NCBI GenBank assembly: GCA_000165425.1
Contig: CT868230.1
Coordinates: 1 to 64,000 of the forward strand
Length of the DNA: 64,000 bases
Reading direction: 5' to 3'
Source of the DNA: Paramecium tetraurelia
Lineage: Eukaryota
Part shown: positions 27,451-38,780 of the stretch, one piece after another
How positions within the stretch are numbered: position 1 is the stretch's first letter
How the letters are laid out: every line of letters starts with the position of its first letter
Program-made: the position numbers and the translations under genes
The notes under the pieces: model-generated
Seen by the model: the letters and a program-made list of their open reading frames with translations, nothing else
What the model was told of the DNA's origin: nothing
Database searches by the model: none

Positions 27451-29055
27451 TCAAAATAAGTTGCAAATAGAAATTAGTGATCTGAACTCAAAACCTTTAT
27501 AATTTACTTTGTCTCTAAATTAATCATTAAAAAACCTTATAGTAGAAGTTAGACGTTCTTTCATTCTTAAATGAGAGCGTAGGAATTTGGGATATTTAAT
27601 GGTTTCTTATTTTATGCATTCCTCTGTTTTATAAGCACCAATTATACAATTAGACAATTTTGTAGATGCAATAATCAAGGCAGAAACAGAGTCTGATTGA
27701 AAAAGGCTATCTTTTTTGAGAAATGAAAAATAGTACTCTCTTTTATTTTGGTACACATTCTGCTTAACTAGGTTGATGAGTATATTCAATTATTTGAGTA
27801 CTAAATGAATGATTGTTTATGATATTAGTATGATTGCAATTGGCATTAAAGCTATGATTATCATCATGTTTTAGACTGCTTTTTATTGCAGCTCCTTTTA
27901 TAAATTAAAGTGTTCTTCGCTCTATTATTAAACAGTATTGGTTTCAATGAGGACAATTAAAATTAGTGGAGAATCGGCTAATTAGGTTGATTTTATAATT
28001 AAATTATCCTTCACCTTTGTATTATATCTGCATAGGATTTCAGTACTTTACTAATTTTTGCAATTATTTTGAAAGGGTAATCCATTATGGTTGTTCATTA
28101 TTTATATAAAATCATTTGTATTGAACCCAGTGATGTCAGAGTCATTGAAGTAGTAAACCGATAAATTCACCTAATTATAAAGCAGTGAATAAAATATTTT
28201 GCCTTAATCATCAATCACATAAAGTGTAGTATTTTCGTTAGAATTCGAAGCCACCGATGCATATCCAAAATCTATGTCTTTGGCAACCATCCCTACAATT
28301 TTATCCTTATAATCAACTAAGGAGATCATCATAGGTATTCTAATCTTGCCTGATACTACTTGATATGGGCTTGCAAAATAAAAATTATCTGAGCTAGAAT
28401 CATTTGATATTTTTTATTTAAATTCAATGTAGTAAGGTCTTTTATTAGGTAAGAAGCTTGTTGGAAATGGTATTCCTGTGGTGATGCAGTAGAATAGTGA
28501 TTCGTTATCAAGAAAATAATAGAGAGGAGCAGAATTTGTGTGATCTAAAGCAATTCGAAATGAAGTTAGTATAAATGTTAGCGCAGTTATGCTCTCCGCT
28601 TCCTATGCCAACTAGTTGTTCATGGGAACTCCAAATATTCCACATGTTGTGGAAAATTTAAAACAGAAAGAATCAACTTCCGTTTTATTGTTTAAGCACA
28701 TATGAGGATTTTCAAAGTATTAGTCTTCTTAAGAATTGTGTTCTAAATAGTCAAAGTATTTATATATTCTTCTTGTCGAGTAAATCTATCTTTAAGTGAA
28801 TTAAAACATTCTTTCCATGCTTTGTTTATAAATCCAGATGTTGTCTAGCTATTATGAAGTTTGCTTTATAAATATTTCATTTGATATTGATTTTAGATTA
28901 TCTTAAATGTAGTTTTGAGTTTGCGAGATCGTCACTATCATAATTGTAAAAATTATAGTCCATATTATAAACGATACCATTAAAATTTGGTTCTTCATGG
29001 TCCAGTTTCTGTTTATATAACAAAAATTGAGAGTTTTCAATTTAGTTAAAATCAT
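27451..29055 (-). CDS. Two-TM membrane protein with extracellular Cache (dCache-like) domain
   Basis: TM1 near N-terminus (ILMVSFIIWTIIFTIMIVTI); Cache-like FLPNKRPYY...FASPYQVVSG...ISLVDYKDKIVGMVAKDI...LYVIDDQGKI; TM2 MMIIIALMPIAIILIS; TGA 27451-27453. Confidence 0.75.
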
Positions 29056-29535
29056 GAATTAATAAATAATATATGCTTAATTTATGTTGAATTCATAAAT
29101 TAGTATCTATATAAACTGTAATATATTAATATTAAAATAAGCAGCCAATTTGACATAAGTTGTGATTAATTAATAAATATATTTGTGAAATATTAAAATA
29201 AAACAGATTAATCTTGATTTAAATTAATGTTTAAATCTTTTGTAAGAGCGTGGTAAGTATTTTAGATTTTGATCTATAGAAATACTTTGAGAATCCGATT
29301 AATTGATTGTATAACTGTACAAAATTTAAAAACTATTTAATTAAGAGGAAACATCTTTTTTTGTTCTTCCTTAGGAATAGAGTATTTATTTGGTAACTAT
29401 TTTTGAAATTGAAATTAGCCTGTAAATAATGAGTTAAGGTTTGAAAGTGATAAACAAATTTTAGAACTTTTCATTAAATAAATGATTACCTTAATTTATG
29501 AGCTTTAATTAATATATATATATATATAATACAAT

Positions 29536-30339
29536 TCATTTTCCATCAGTAGTAGTTTCATCAATTTGTTGATCCTTTTAGGCTATTAATATATAGATTA
29601 AGATAATACAATTGAGGTAGTATGAGATAGAGCAACCACTTTCTTGTATAAAGGACTCAGCTTTTGAATAATCTTTATTGCAATTATTGAGTATTATGAC
29701 CACATCTTCATCATTTGCTTATGGAAAATTAAGTTTTAGCTTTTCATAGAGTTTCAAAACTATAATCAATTATAAATGTTACTTACATTAATCTTCATTT
29801 CTCTCATAAACTCTGATTAATCGGACTTTGACACTGGATTGTTAGAATACTTGCTGCTACCTGTCTTTACTTATTTGAACTTGTTTGAGGCATGGTATAG
29901 GTCTTTTTGCAGGGCATTGCTTAATTTTATTCTTTCTTTTTTTCTATTGCTTGGACAGATGCTTTTTTGGCTTTTATATAATTTATTTTGGTAGAGGAGG
30001 AGGGGGAGAACTTTCACAATCGAAAAGTTTGCCTGATGCCTCGAGCTAATCTAGGTCCAGCATTTTGGTTATTTGTTTTAAAGTTTAAACACTTTGAACT
30101 AGTTGTGGAGGAATAGGCTTGGGGATTTCCTATTTGGGTGTACTTTCTTCATCATCAGAAATAGTGATATAATTTAGTTGCTAAGCAGGTTATTGTGCTT
30201 GATGGAATGTATGTTGTCTAAATTGTGGGAGTTGGTTTTGATATGGAAGGTAAAACTAATTGTATATTGCTTAGTAATCCATTTGCATATATGGATACTG
30301 GGAATAGGGAGTTTAAAGGTAATGGGGATATGAATACAT
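29536..30339 (-). CDS. Hypothetical protein: Y/P/Q-rich N-terminus, basic middle, CUE/UBA-like C-terminus
   Basis: ATG 30339 MYSYPHYLQTPYSQYPY; PPPPLP; KLNFPQANDEDVVIILNNCNKDYSKAESFI; two introns; TGA 29536-29538. Confidence 0.8.
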
Positions 30340-30456
30340 CAGAAATTCTAAAGTGATTTTGGTTTATTAATTTATTTTAATCTGAAAGAAATGCAGGTTA
30401 TTTGTTTAAAAATCTTATTTTAAAAAATAAAATCAAATTGATTAAGTTAATATCAA

Positions 30457-31170
30457 TCACCAATAAGTTTCATAGTTTCCACGAACTATGAGTCATTCAA
30501 GATTTCAGAACTTAAGTCTAAGATACTGAGATCCTAGTTTCTAGATTTGTTGAAAATCAAGATGTCCCTTTATTGTTGCATCATTTAAATTACATAAGAT
30601 CTTATTTATAGAATTATTCCTTACTATTTGAGCAAAACAACTAAACGAACAGTAAGTGACAAATAACGCATAGAAATTAGTGAAATTCCAAAAAGTTCAT
30701 CATAATGTACTTCTTATTGCATTCTTATACAAGCTATGATTGATAAAAAACACATAAATCGAAAATATTCCAAGCTGCTGTGAAGAATTCCTTTTATTAG
30801 TGTTAAAATATAAAATATAAATTATAATACTGCTCCTACTTTTATAACTTTCAAAACAATATCAGCACAAATTGACAAAGTCAATAACCCTTCTAAAATA
30901 AACACAACTGGGTTCTCGAGACTCTTGATATATGAAATAAGCTTTTTCTTTGTTTCATCCAGAATTACCTAATATGAATTAAATTGATTCAAGTTCTTAC
31001 ATACACCAGGAGCATTGTTGATAGAAGACAATACAATAAGTATCATATGTAACTTTATATACTTGTAATTAAGTATTTTGAATTCATCCTTATTATTCGT
31101 AAAATAAATTAATATATTTTTTTGAAGATTTTGATTTCAGTTTCAAGTGATCCTGTTTCATGTTTACATG
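30457..31170 (-). pseudogene. Disrupted stand-alone voltage-sensor-like (S1-S4) membrane protein gene
   Basis: ENPVVFILEGLLTLSICADIVLK (S2-like), EFFTAAWNIFDLCVF (S3 WNxFD), MRYLSLTVRLVVLLK (S4-like); in-frame TGA at 31043-31045 and frameshift at the A-run 30745-30750. Confidence 0.6.
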
Positions 31171-31919
31171 GATGTTTGATTGAAATAATCAATTTTAAAC
31201 TTTATCATTTTTTCAAAACAAAGTAATAGCCAATTAATCTTCAATAATACTGTTCCTTTACTATTAAAAAAACCATTAATTAATTATAGAAAAATATACA
31301 TACAATTTAAGACTTTCAATGTTATTATTTATTATTACTATAATTTTCATAAATATTTTTTTGTAAAATTTCAGAATATTTAGTTCTTAATATCTCTTTT
31401 TGATTCATTAGCCATCAATTGTAAACATCAATATCGCTGGTTAAGGAGTTATGCAATGAACTTTAAATGAAACAAACAAGCCTTAAATAAGCACATAAAG
31501 TTATCTATTAAAAAGTAAGTCTAAATTCAAAAAATATTGCCTAATGATTAAGTATAAGGTGATTTATAAATTAATTGTGTTTAAATTAAAATTAACTAAA
31601 ATTTTTGATTACATATTCAGAGAAAGTAAAAGAAAAGGGTTTGGTTCATTTTTAAATATGTATCAATAAAATCCAAAACTTAGATTTCTAATATCTCTAA
31701 TTATGATGTAGCTAAATATAAGATATTTGATCTTATTGAACTAATATAGAAAATAAACATAAAGTTAACCGTAATTTCTATAAAAGATTTAAATAGAATC
31801 TCTCCCTCTTTAAAACATAATATTAATAATTTTTGAATTCAGATTATCCAAAATTTAAAAGATAAAATAAATAATAAAACACTTAACCGATTTTCATTAA
31901 GGGTTTAATTAAAGAGGGG

Positions 31920-32400
31920 TCTATAATGTGACCAAATATTCGATAAACACTGTGAATGAAAGAAAACCTTAGGAAATTTGGAGCCAAGTGTGCAATCAAA
32001 TATTCTTAGAGTAAAATCATCCTAATCATGCCCATTTTTTGATTTAGAGTGTTGGATAATTGAGAAATGAACCATGGCCTGGCATTTAAGTTAAGTTTAG
32101 GTAGAGAAAATATTCCGTAATAGTAAAATAAAATAGAGATAAAAATCAATACAGTATCAATTACTTTAGAAGAATAAATATTTCATAATACATAAGAGGA
32201 TGCTTGAATTACGATTGAAAATTATGTCTATGATGTTATAGTCTTGAATTATCATGGTCTAATCATGTTATTTTTAGAAAAACGGGGATGATGAATCTGC
32301 AATTCCTAAAAGGCTTAGGAAATCATGAGCGAGATATTAAAAGGTGGGATAATAGAAAATCTATTAATATAAAGACAGGTATGAGCCAAGGACTATATTA
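31920..32400 (+). pseudogene. Cytochrome b5-domain gene remnant
   Basis: ITLEEQIFHNTQEDA*ITIENYVYDV..LNYH at 32160-32256 resembles the b5 pattern (ITLEE..KHN...DCWI.I...VYDVT.FL..HPGG); the Trp position is TGA (32205-32207); further stops and frameshifts nearby. Confidence 0.65.
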
Positions 32401-33169
32401 TAAATCTCATTTAATAAACTAAATTCACAAAGTTAGAATTGACTTATAGTCCAATGATGATGCTGGCCATAAAATTAGCAGTAGATGTATGATCTGAAGT
32501 GTGATGGTGTTGAGTAAAGATGGAAATAAATTGTTGTATATAATTTTAAACTAAAATCACGCTAGCCATTAAAGTTATCACTTACTACTTTAATAATCAT
32601 TTTTGGATGCCGAGCATAGCAAGGTAATCGCTATTTACTTTAATAAATTTCTATAAATTGCATCAAGAGTAGAAAGTACTGTTTTAATGTTCAAAATCTC
32701 AACTTTAAACTTTAGTAAGGAGAAAACCTTGATCATAATTTTTCAAATACATCACAAAAAATTTTTACAAGTTCCAAAATCAATATGATAATATAAAATT
32801 CTCACCTTTCGAACAAATATTTTTATCTCCAATTTAAAATATTTGTTAGTACCTTTCTCTACTTTTGAAATATATTTTTGCTACCAAAATTGCCCTCAAT
32901 TATTCCATCTAACTTCAGATTGATTTTAATTTCTACAAAACTAATCACCTTCTAAAAGTCATCAAGAAACTTTTATCAAAAGTTAATTTCAGTAATTTCC
33001 TTTTCCATTTAATCTACTCTTTCTAACTTCATCCAATAAAAGTTGTTTTAAATATAAAAAATATTATATATATCTTATAAAAAATTTTTATCTATGAAAT
33101 ATTAGATATAGAACTGAATTGAAAGATATAGATAAATGATTTTAATTTTTTTTAATTAGTAAAAAATAA

Positions 33170-36014
33170 TCATTATGGCAATGGAGTTAATGTATTATTT
33201 CTTTAATTCTATTAATTCTAATTTTAATTAAGCGATGTAGCCTAAGGTTATGCTATACAAATAGAAAATTAAGGGCATACTTGGATTTGATTGATATTTA
33301 TTATAAACTGCATTAGCTTCATTAAATCTATTCTAATTTATTACAGTTATTGCTATGTGAAAATAAACCAAAATAATATACATTGGGAATAATAATAATC
33401 TGGATTATCTGGGTTTTGTTAAATAGCTAATTTATAGCATTCCAATGCTTCTTCAAATCTTGACATTTCTCTTAAAGTTCTTGCTATTTGTAGATGGAGA
33501 AAAATACTACCTTTACAATATAAATAGTCAGAATTTAATGGATTCAAATTAAGTGCTAAATTAAAGCATGACAATGATTCTTATAATTTTTTCATTTTAA
33601 ATAAGACATTTCCTATAATATAATCTGCTGAAATTTATACCTTTGAAATTATAATAATCTGGGTTTGCAGGGTTGATATAAATGGCTTTATCATAATTAT
33701 TTAATGCCATCTCTAATCTATTCATATTCGTTAGAGTTATCGCTATTTAGTAATTAAAAAAATTTTTACCTTTGCAAAAATAATTATATGAACTTTCTGG
33801 ATTTTTCTAAATTGCATAATCATAATTTTCTAATGCCTCTTCAAATCTATTCATATTCGTTAAAGTAATCGCTATTTAGTTAGTAAAATAAATTTACCTT
33901 TCTAACAATAATTATATGAACTTTCTGGATTTCTCTAAATTGCATAATCATAATTTTCTAATGCCTCTTCAAATCTATTCAATTTCCTTAATGTTATTGC
34001 TATCCAGTTAGTAAAATACATTTACCTTTCTAACAATAATTATATGAACTTTCTGGATTTCTCTAAATTTGCATAACCTAATTTTTCTAATGCCTCTTCA
34101 AATCTATTCAATTTCCTTAATGTTATTGCTATCCAGTAAGTAAAATACATTTACCTTTCTAATAATAAATATATGAATTTTCAGGATTTTTCTATATTGC
34201 ATAATCATAATTTTATAATGCCTCTTCAAATCTATTCATATTCGTTAATGCTGTTGCTATTGAGTTAGTTAAATATATTTTTACCTTTGCAAAAATTGTT
34301 TAATGAATTTTCTGGATTTCTATGAATAGCTTTTTCATAACTTTCTAATGCCTCTTCAAATCTCTTCATTTTCATTAATACATTTCCTGTTAAGAAATAC
34401 ATAATTAATATATACCTTTACAGTTATAATTCATTGAATTTTTTCTGTCTCTCAAAATTGCTAAATCACAATATTATAATGCCTCTTAAAATCTATTCAT
34501 TTTCGTTAAAGTTATTGCTATTTAGATAGTAATATACATTTTTACCTTTGCAAAAATAATTATATGAATTTTCAGGATTTTTCTAAATTGCTAAATCGAA
34601 ATTGTTTAGTGCCTCTTCAAATCTATTCATTTTCGTTAATGTTATTGCTATTAAAAAATATAGAATTAATTATACCTTTGCTATGATAATAATCTGAATT
34701 TTAGGGGTCTCTCTAAATTGCTAAATCAAAATGTTCTAATGCTTCTTAAAATCTATTCATTTTCCTTAAAGTTATTGCTATTTATCAACCAACTTATATT
34801 TATACCTTTGCAATAAAAATAATCTGAATTTTCAAAATTTCTCTAAATCGCTAAATCATAATCCCTTAGTGCCTCTTCAAATCTATACATTTTTGTTAAT
34901 GCATTTCCTGTTAACAAATGTAAAATTAATTTATACCTTTGCAATTATAATATTCTGATTTTTCGGGTTCTTTCGAAATTGCTATCATACAATTTTCTAA
35001 TGCCTCTTAAAATCTATTCAATTTTATTAAAATTGTTGCTATTTAATGAGTATAAGGCATTTTTACCTTTGTTATAATAATTATATGAATTATTAGGGGT
35101 TTTCTTAATTTCTGAATTATAATATTTTAATGCCTCTTCATAATCTTTCATAGAATGTACTGAATCTGCTAAAAGGATTAATATTAATTTATACCCTGGT
35201 TAAAATATTCACTTTAATCCAATGAGTAGCTCTATGTATTTAAATTATTAAAATTTGTTGAAAGAATTCCTAGAAAGTCTTAGTTATGTTCTTATTCTTA
35301 CTATTAAATTATATTAGTGAAAAACAATTCAAAATCTTACAAATCAACTAGCCCTTGTTAAAAGTCTTATTAATCATTAATCTATTCTACTTCATACATA
35401 GATTGAATCCTTGCCTATTCTTAATTTATATCTATCTCTTAGTTCTGAATTAAATAATGAAGAAATTAAATTGTTTGTTCAAATAACTAGAACTCAGTCG
35501 AATTTTTAAATTTACCCATTGCTGGCTTCATTTAATTCTGACGATGAGTTTTGATTATTTTTATTTTTTCAATTATGATTTTTGGATCAATAAGCGGAGG
35601 TTATTTTTAGATTAGAGAGTCTAATTCTTTCAAAAAGCTGTATTCAATTATTGAATTATTTAAATCACTTATCCAATCCTTTGAAAAATTTGCTAATAAC
35701 TCAATCCTTTAAAAAATTTTGGTTTTTAAAGCATCAATGCTTAAATAAATTTTTTCAATTTCTTTAATGTGAGGTTAGATAATTTGATAGTAAAATTAGA
35801 TTTTTTCTCTTTGTTATCTATCAAATTTCTATTTTAGTTACTCATAATCCACAATCTTTGCATTATTGGGATTCCTTTTGCTACAAGACCTACATAAAAG
35901 CCTTTTGTCACTTTATAATTGACGGTCAAGAATTATAAACGCAATTTTTTGCTAATGCTTTTTACATACCAAATCGCTGTCTTTTTCTATTAATTTTGGT
36001 TCTAAAAATTACAT
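33170..36014 (-). CDS. TPR-array protein: CxxH..CxxC N-terminal motif, coiled-coil linker, ~14.5 TPRs; one exon carries a +1 frameshift
   Basis: ATG 36014 MQFLEPKLIEKDSDLVCKKH...LLCRSC; 820-nt first exon, then 102-nt exons encoding e.g. AITLTKMNRFEEALNNFDLAIQKNPENSYNYFCK; 16 GT-AG introns; TGA 33170-33172. Confidence 0.9.
33382..35194 (-). repeat. Tandem array of 14 units of ~128-131 nt (one TPR exon + 26-29 nt intron)
   Basis: Exons begin (plus coordinates) at 33382, 33511, 33641, 33770, 33898, 34026, 34155, 34285, 34416, 34546, 34676, 34806, 34937, 35067; recurring core tgcctcttcaaatctattca. Confidence 0.95.
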
Positions 36015-36044
36015 TAAATTAAATAATTATATAATTAACTATTT

Positions 36045-37930
36045 CTCACTTTAAAGTTATTTGTTTAGAAACATTTTACTCAATTACTTCTTTCAATATG
36101 AGTAAAATATTTAATGAAGAGTATGCTGCTTGGGCCTTTGTTAATATATTAGAAATTTGCAATTTTACTCAATAATTTTGTACAGAGGATGTATTAAAAT
36201 TGAATAATCTCAGCAAAGAAATCAAAACGATTAGGTTGCTTTATAATCTAATTTAAAGTTCTAAATTACTAATTTTTAAAATACCAATTATAAACATCAT
36301 CATTGCAACTGAAGATAGATTGGTGATTTTGGAATTTTACTATTTCTAAAATTTTTCACAATCGGTATTGATATTTTTCTAATTGGATCTTTGATTTTTT
36401 TATTGATATTTTGTTTCTAATAATTATTCCAAATTTTCAATCCTTTTATTTTCTATAGATACCAATAAACATATTTAAAAATATGATGAATTTTTACTAG
36501 CTTTAATAATTTTCAGACTGACTATCATAATATAAACAATGCTTTTTATAAAATTTAATCAGATCTCCTATTTAAGAAATCATTAAATAAAACAAATATG
36601 TGTAAACTTCTACCTAATATAAATAATTTATTATTATCCGTGTTTGACTTAAATAATACAAATAATTCTTATCTCTAAGACTGTAATTCAGGTTAAGAAT
36701 AAGAATTTTGGAGTTATGCCTAATTTTCAGACAAGAAATGGCAAATATTTTAGTTTAACATTTATATTTAGTTAATGTGCTATTTAAAAGTTTTATTGTT
36801 GTATTTATTTTAATTTTTCAAAATTTTGGAGCCCCTTAAATTAGAGTAAGGGGTAGAAACTTTTTAAAAGCTATATGATTGATTAATTGAGCATCTCCAC
36901 ATTTATGACCAAGAAAATATAAAGTCAAAAAAACTAGACAAGACATTATTTTCACTGAAAGAATGGATAAGCTTGATTTCTCCAAAAGATAATTTATCAT
37001 TTACGATCGCCAAACTTATCATTTTTTGGTTGGTTAGGTGATAAATTTTTTGGACATTTTATTGTTTCACAACTCACTTAAACTTTAATATTCTTTTGTT
37101 AGTTTAAAAAGAAGGTTCTAATTTAAATTATTCATAATCTTTATTACTATAATTTTAAAGTAGTTCCTTTAGGATGATTCGGTTGATTTTAAAAATAATG
37201 CAGATGAATTTTATCTAAATAAATTTCTCCCTTAAAATAATTTTAAATCAATTTATGCTTTAACTTATTCTTACTAAAGAAATACCTTATGAAATAGTAA
37301 TTCCTAGTAGCTTTTGGAAGTTTCTTATATCTCTTAGTTTACTACTTTTGATCTTCTCATCATTTTTGAATCATGAATTAGTTTTCATAATTGCTTTTTA
37401 CACATATAATGATCAATCAATTTATAATCTATTATATGATAAATTCACAAGCTATTTGATGTATATTTTTGAATAAAGCATGATACGGTATTAGCTAGAG
37501 GTTTTAGTCTAAGATAATATTTCTCCTCTTGATTTTGTCGAGAAGATTTCTCTTCAAAAATCCTCCCATAATTACTTATTATAATATTTTCAATATTTAT
37601 AAATCTTTTATATCATCATCTAAATTTAAATATATATATTAAGAGATTCTATTATTCTAGAAAAATTATGATATCCTCTGTTTATAAGAACATATAAGAA
37701 ATAATTGATTGTATTCATAAATATGATCATCATTAAAGTTGTTGATTTTATAAGTTTACTTAAATTTAAATGATTTCTATTAGGAAGATATTTGGTGGTT
37801 AATAAAATTTTAGGGGTTATAAGTATAAATAGATTGTCTTAAAGTGGAATAAAGATAATTTTATACTAAAGAGTGTAATTAATATGTAATAGGAGGGCAA
37901 TCGGGATGGAATGATATAGGATTGAGTGTA
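36045..37930 (-). pseudogene. Probable decayed gene(s), no identifiable domain
   Basis: Minus strand has coding-like Q/K/E-rich stretches and intron-like segments but repeated TGAs; no intact model could be built. Confidence 0.3.
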
Positions 37931-37974
37931 TGAATTTGTTTGATAATAATTAAAATTTAAAATATTGAATTCTG

Positions 37975-38675
37975 ATGAGCAAACAAGCAAATTCATAAGA
38001 CTATGATTGGCTGGTTAAGGTGATTGTGATTGGTGATTCAGGAGTGGGTAAGACAAATATTTTGTCTTAATTTTGTGATGCAAAGTTTTCGATAACTCAC
38101 ATGGCCACTTTAGGAGTAGATTTTAAGATTAAGACCATTGATGTAGATGGAAAGAAGCTGAAATTGTAAATTTGGGACACTGCAGGATAGGAGCGATTCA
38201 GAAATATAACCAAAACATATTACAAGGGGGCATAAGGAGTAGAAATAATTATTAAATGTAGGTGATCTTAACATATAGTGTAATTGATAGACAATCGTTT
38301 TAGAATGTGGATGGATGGTTGAGGGTAAGAGAAGTTTAATTATGAAAAGTCAATACAAGAGAATACGAATTCGAGTGATGTACAATTGGTGTTGGTGGGT
38401 AACAAGGCTGACATGTCTGCAGAAAGATAGGTAACTCTGGAAGAAGGCAAGAAGATGTCTTAGCAATACAACATTCCATTCTTTGAGACTTCAGCAAAGA
38501 GTAACATGAACATCAACGAAGCATTCAACAATTTGGCTTTCAGAATCATTTAAACACTATCTAAGATGCAAACTAATGAAGAGAAATAAAACCTCAATTT
38601 AAAGCCCAGCGAAGGAAAGGATAAACCCAAATCTGAAGTATTATATTTAGATTTGATTAATAGAGCTGTTGCTGA
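37975..38675 (+). CDS. Rab GTPase (Rab1/Rab8-like)
   Basis: GDSGVGKT, TLGVDFKIKTI, WDTAGQERFRNIT, GNKAD, ETSAK, C-terminal SCC; three introns; TGA 38673-38675. Confidence 0.96.
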
Positions 38676-38780
38676 TATTATAAATTTATTAGACAAGATT
38701 TACATATATTTTTTTAAGACATCCTCCATGTTATTTTCTTAAATTTAAAGTTCTCAAATTTACATTCTTCATTAATTAAT

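Noticed and set aside
32205..32207. In-frame TGA as selenocysteine or Trp recoding
   Set aside because: It aligns to Trp rather than Cys, neighbouring frameshifts indicate decay, and I saw no SECIS-like hairpin.
32452..32520. ATGATGA...CTGA resembling C/D snoRNA boxes
   Set aside because: The boxes are only ~40 nt apart, with no terminal stem or recognisable rRNA guide.
33382..35194. Regular repeat-plus-spacer pattern superficially like a CRISPR array
   Set aside because: Repeats are 102-nt coding TPR exons and the spacers are GT-AG introns; the context is eukaryotic and there are no cas genes.
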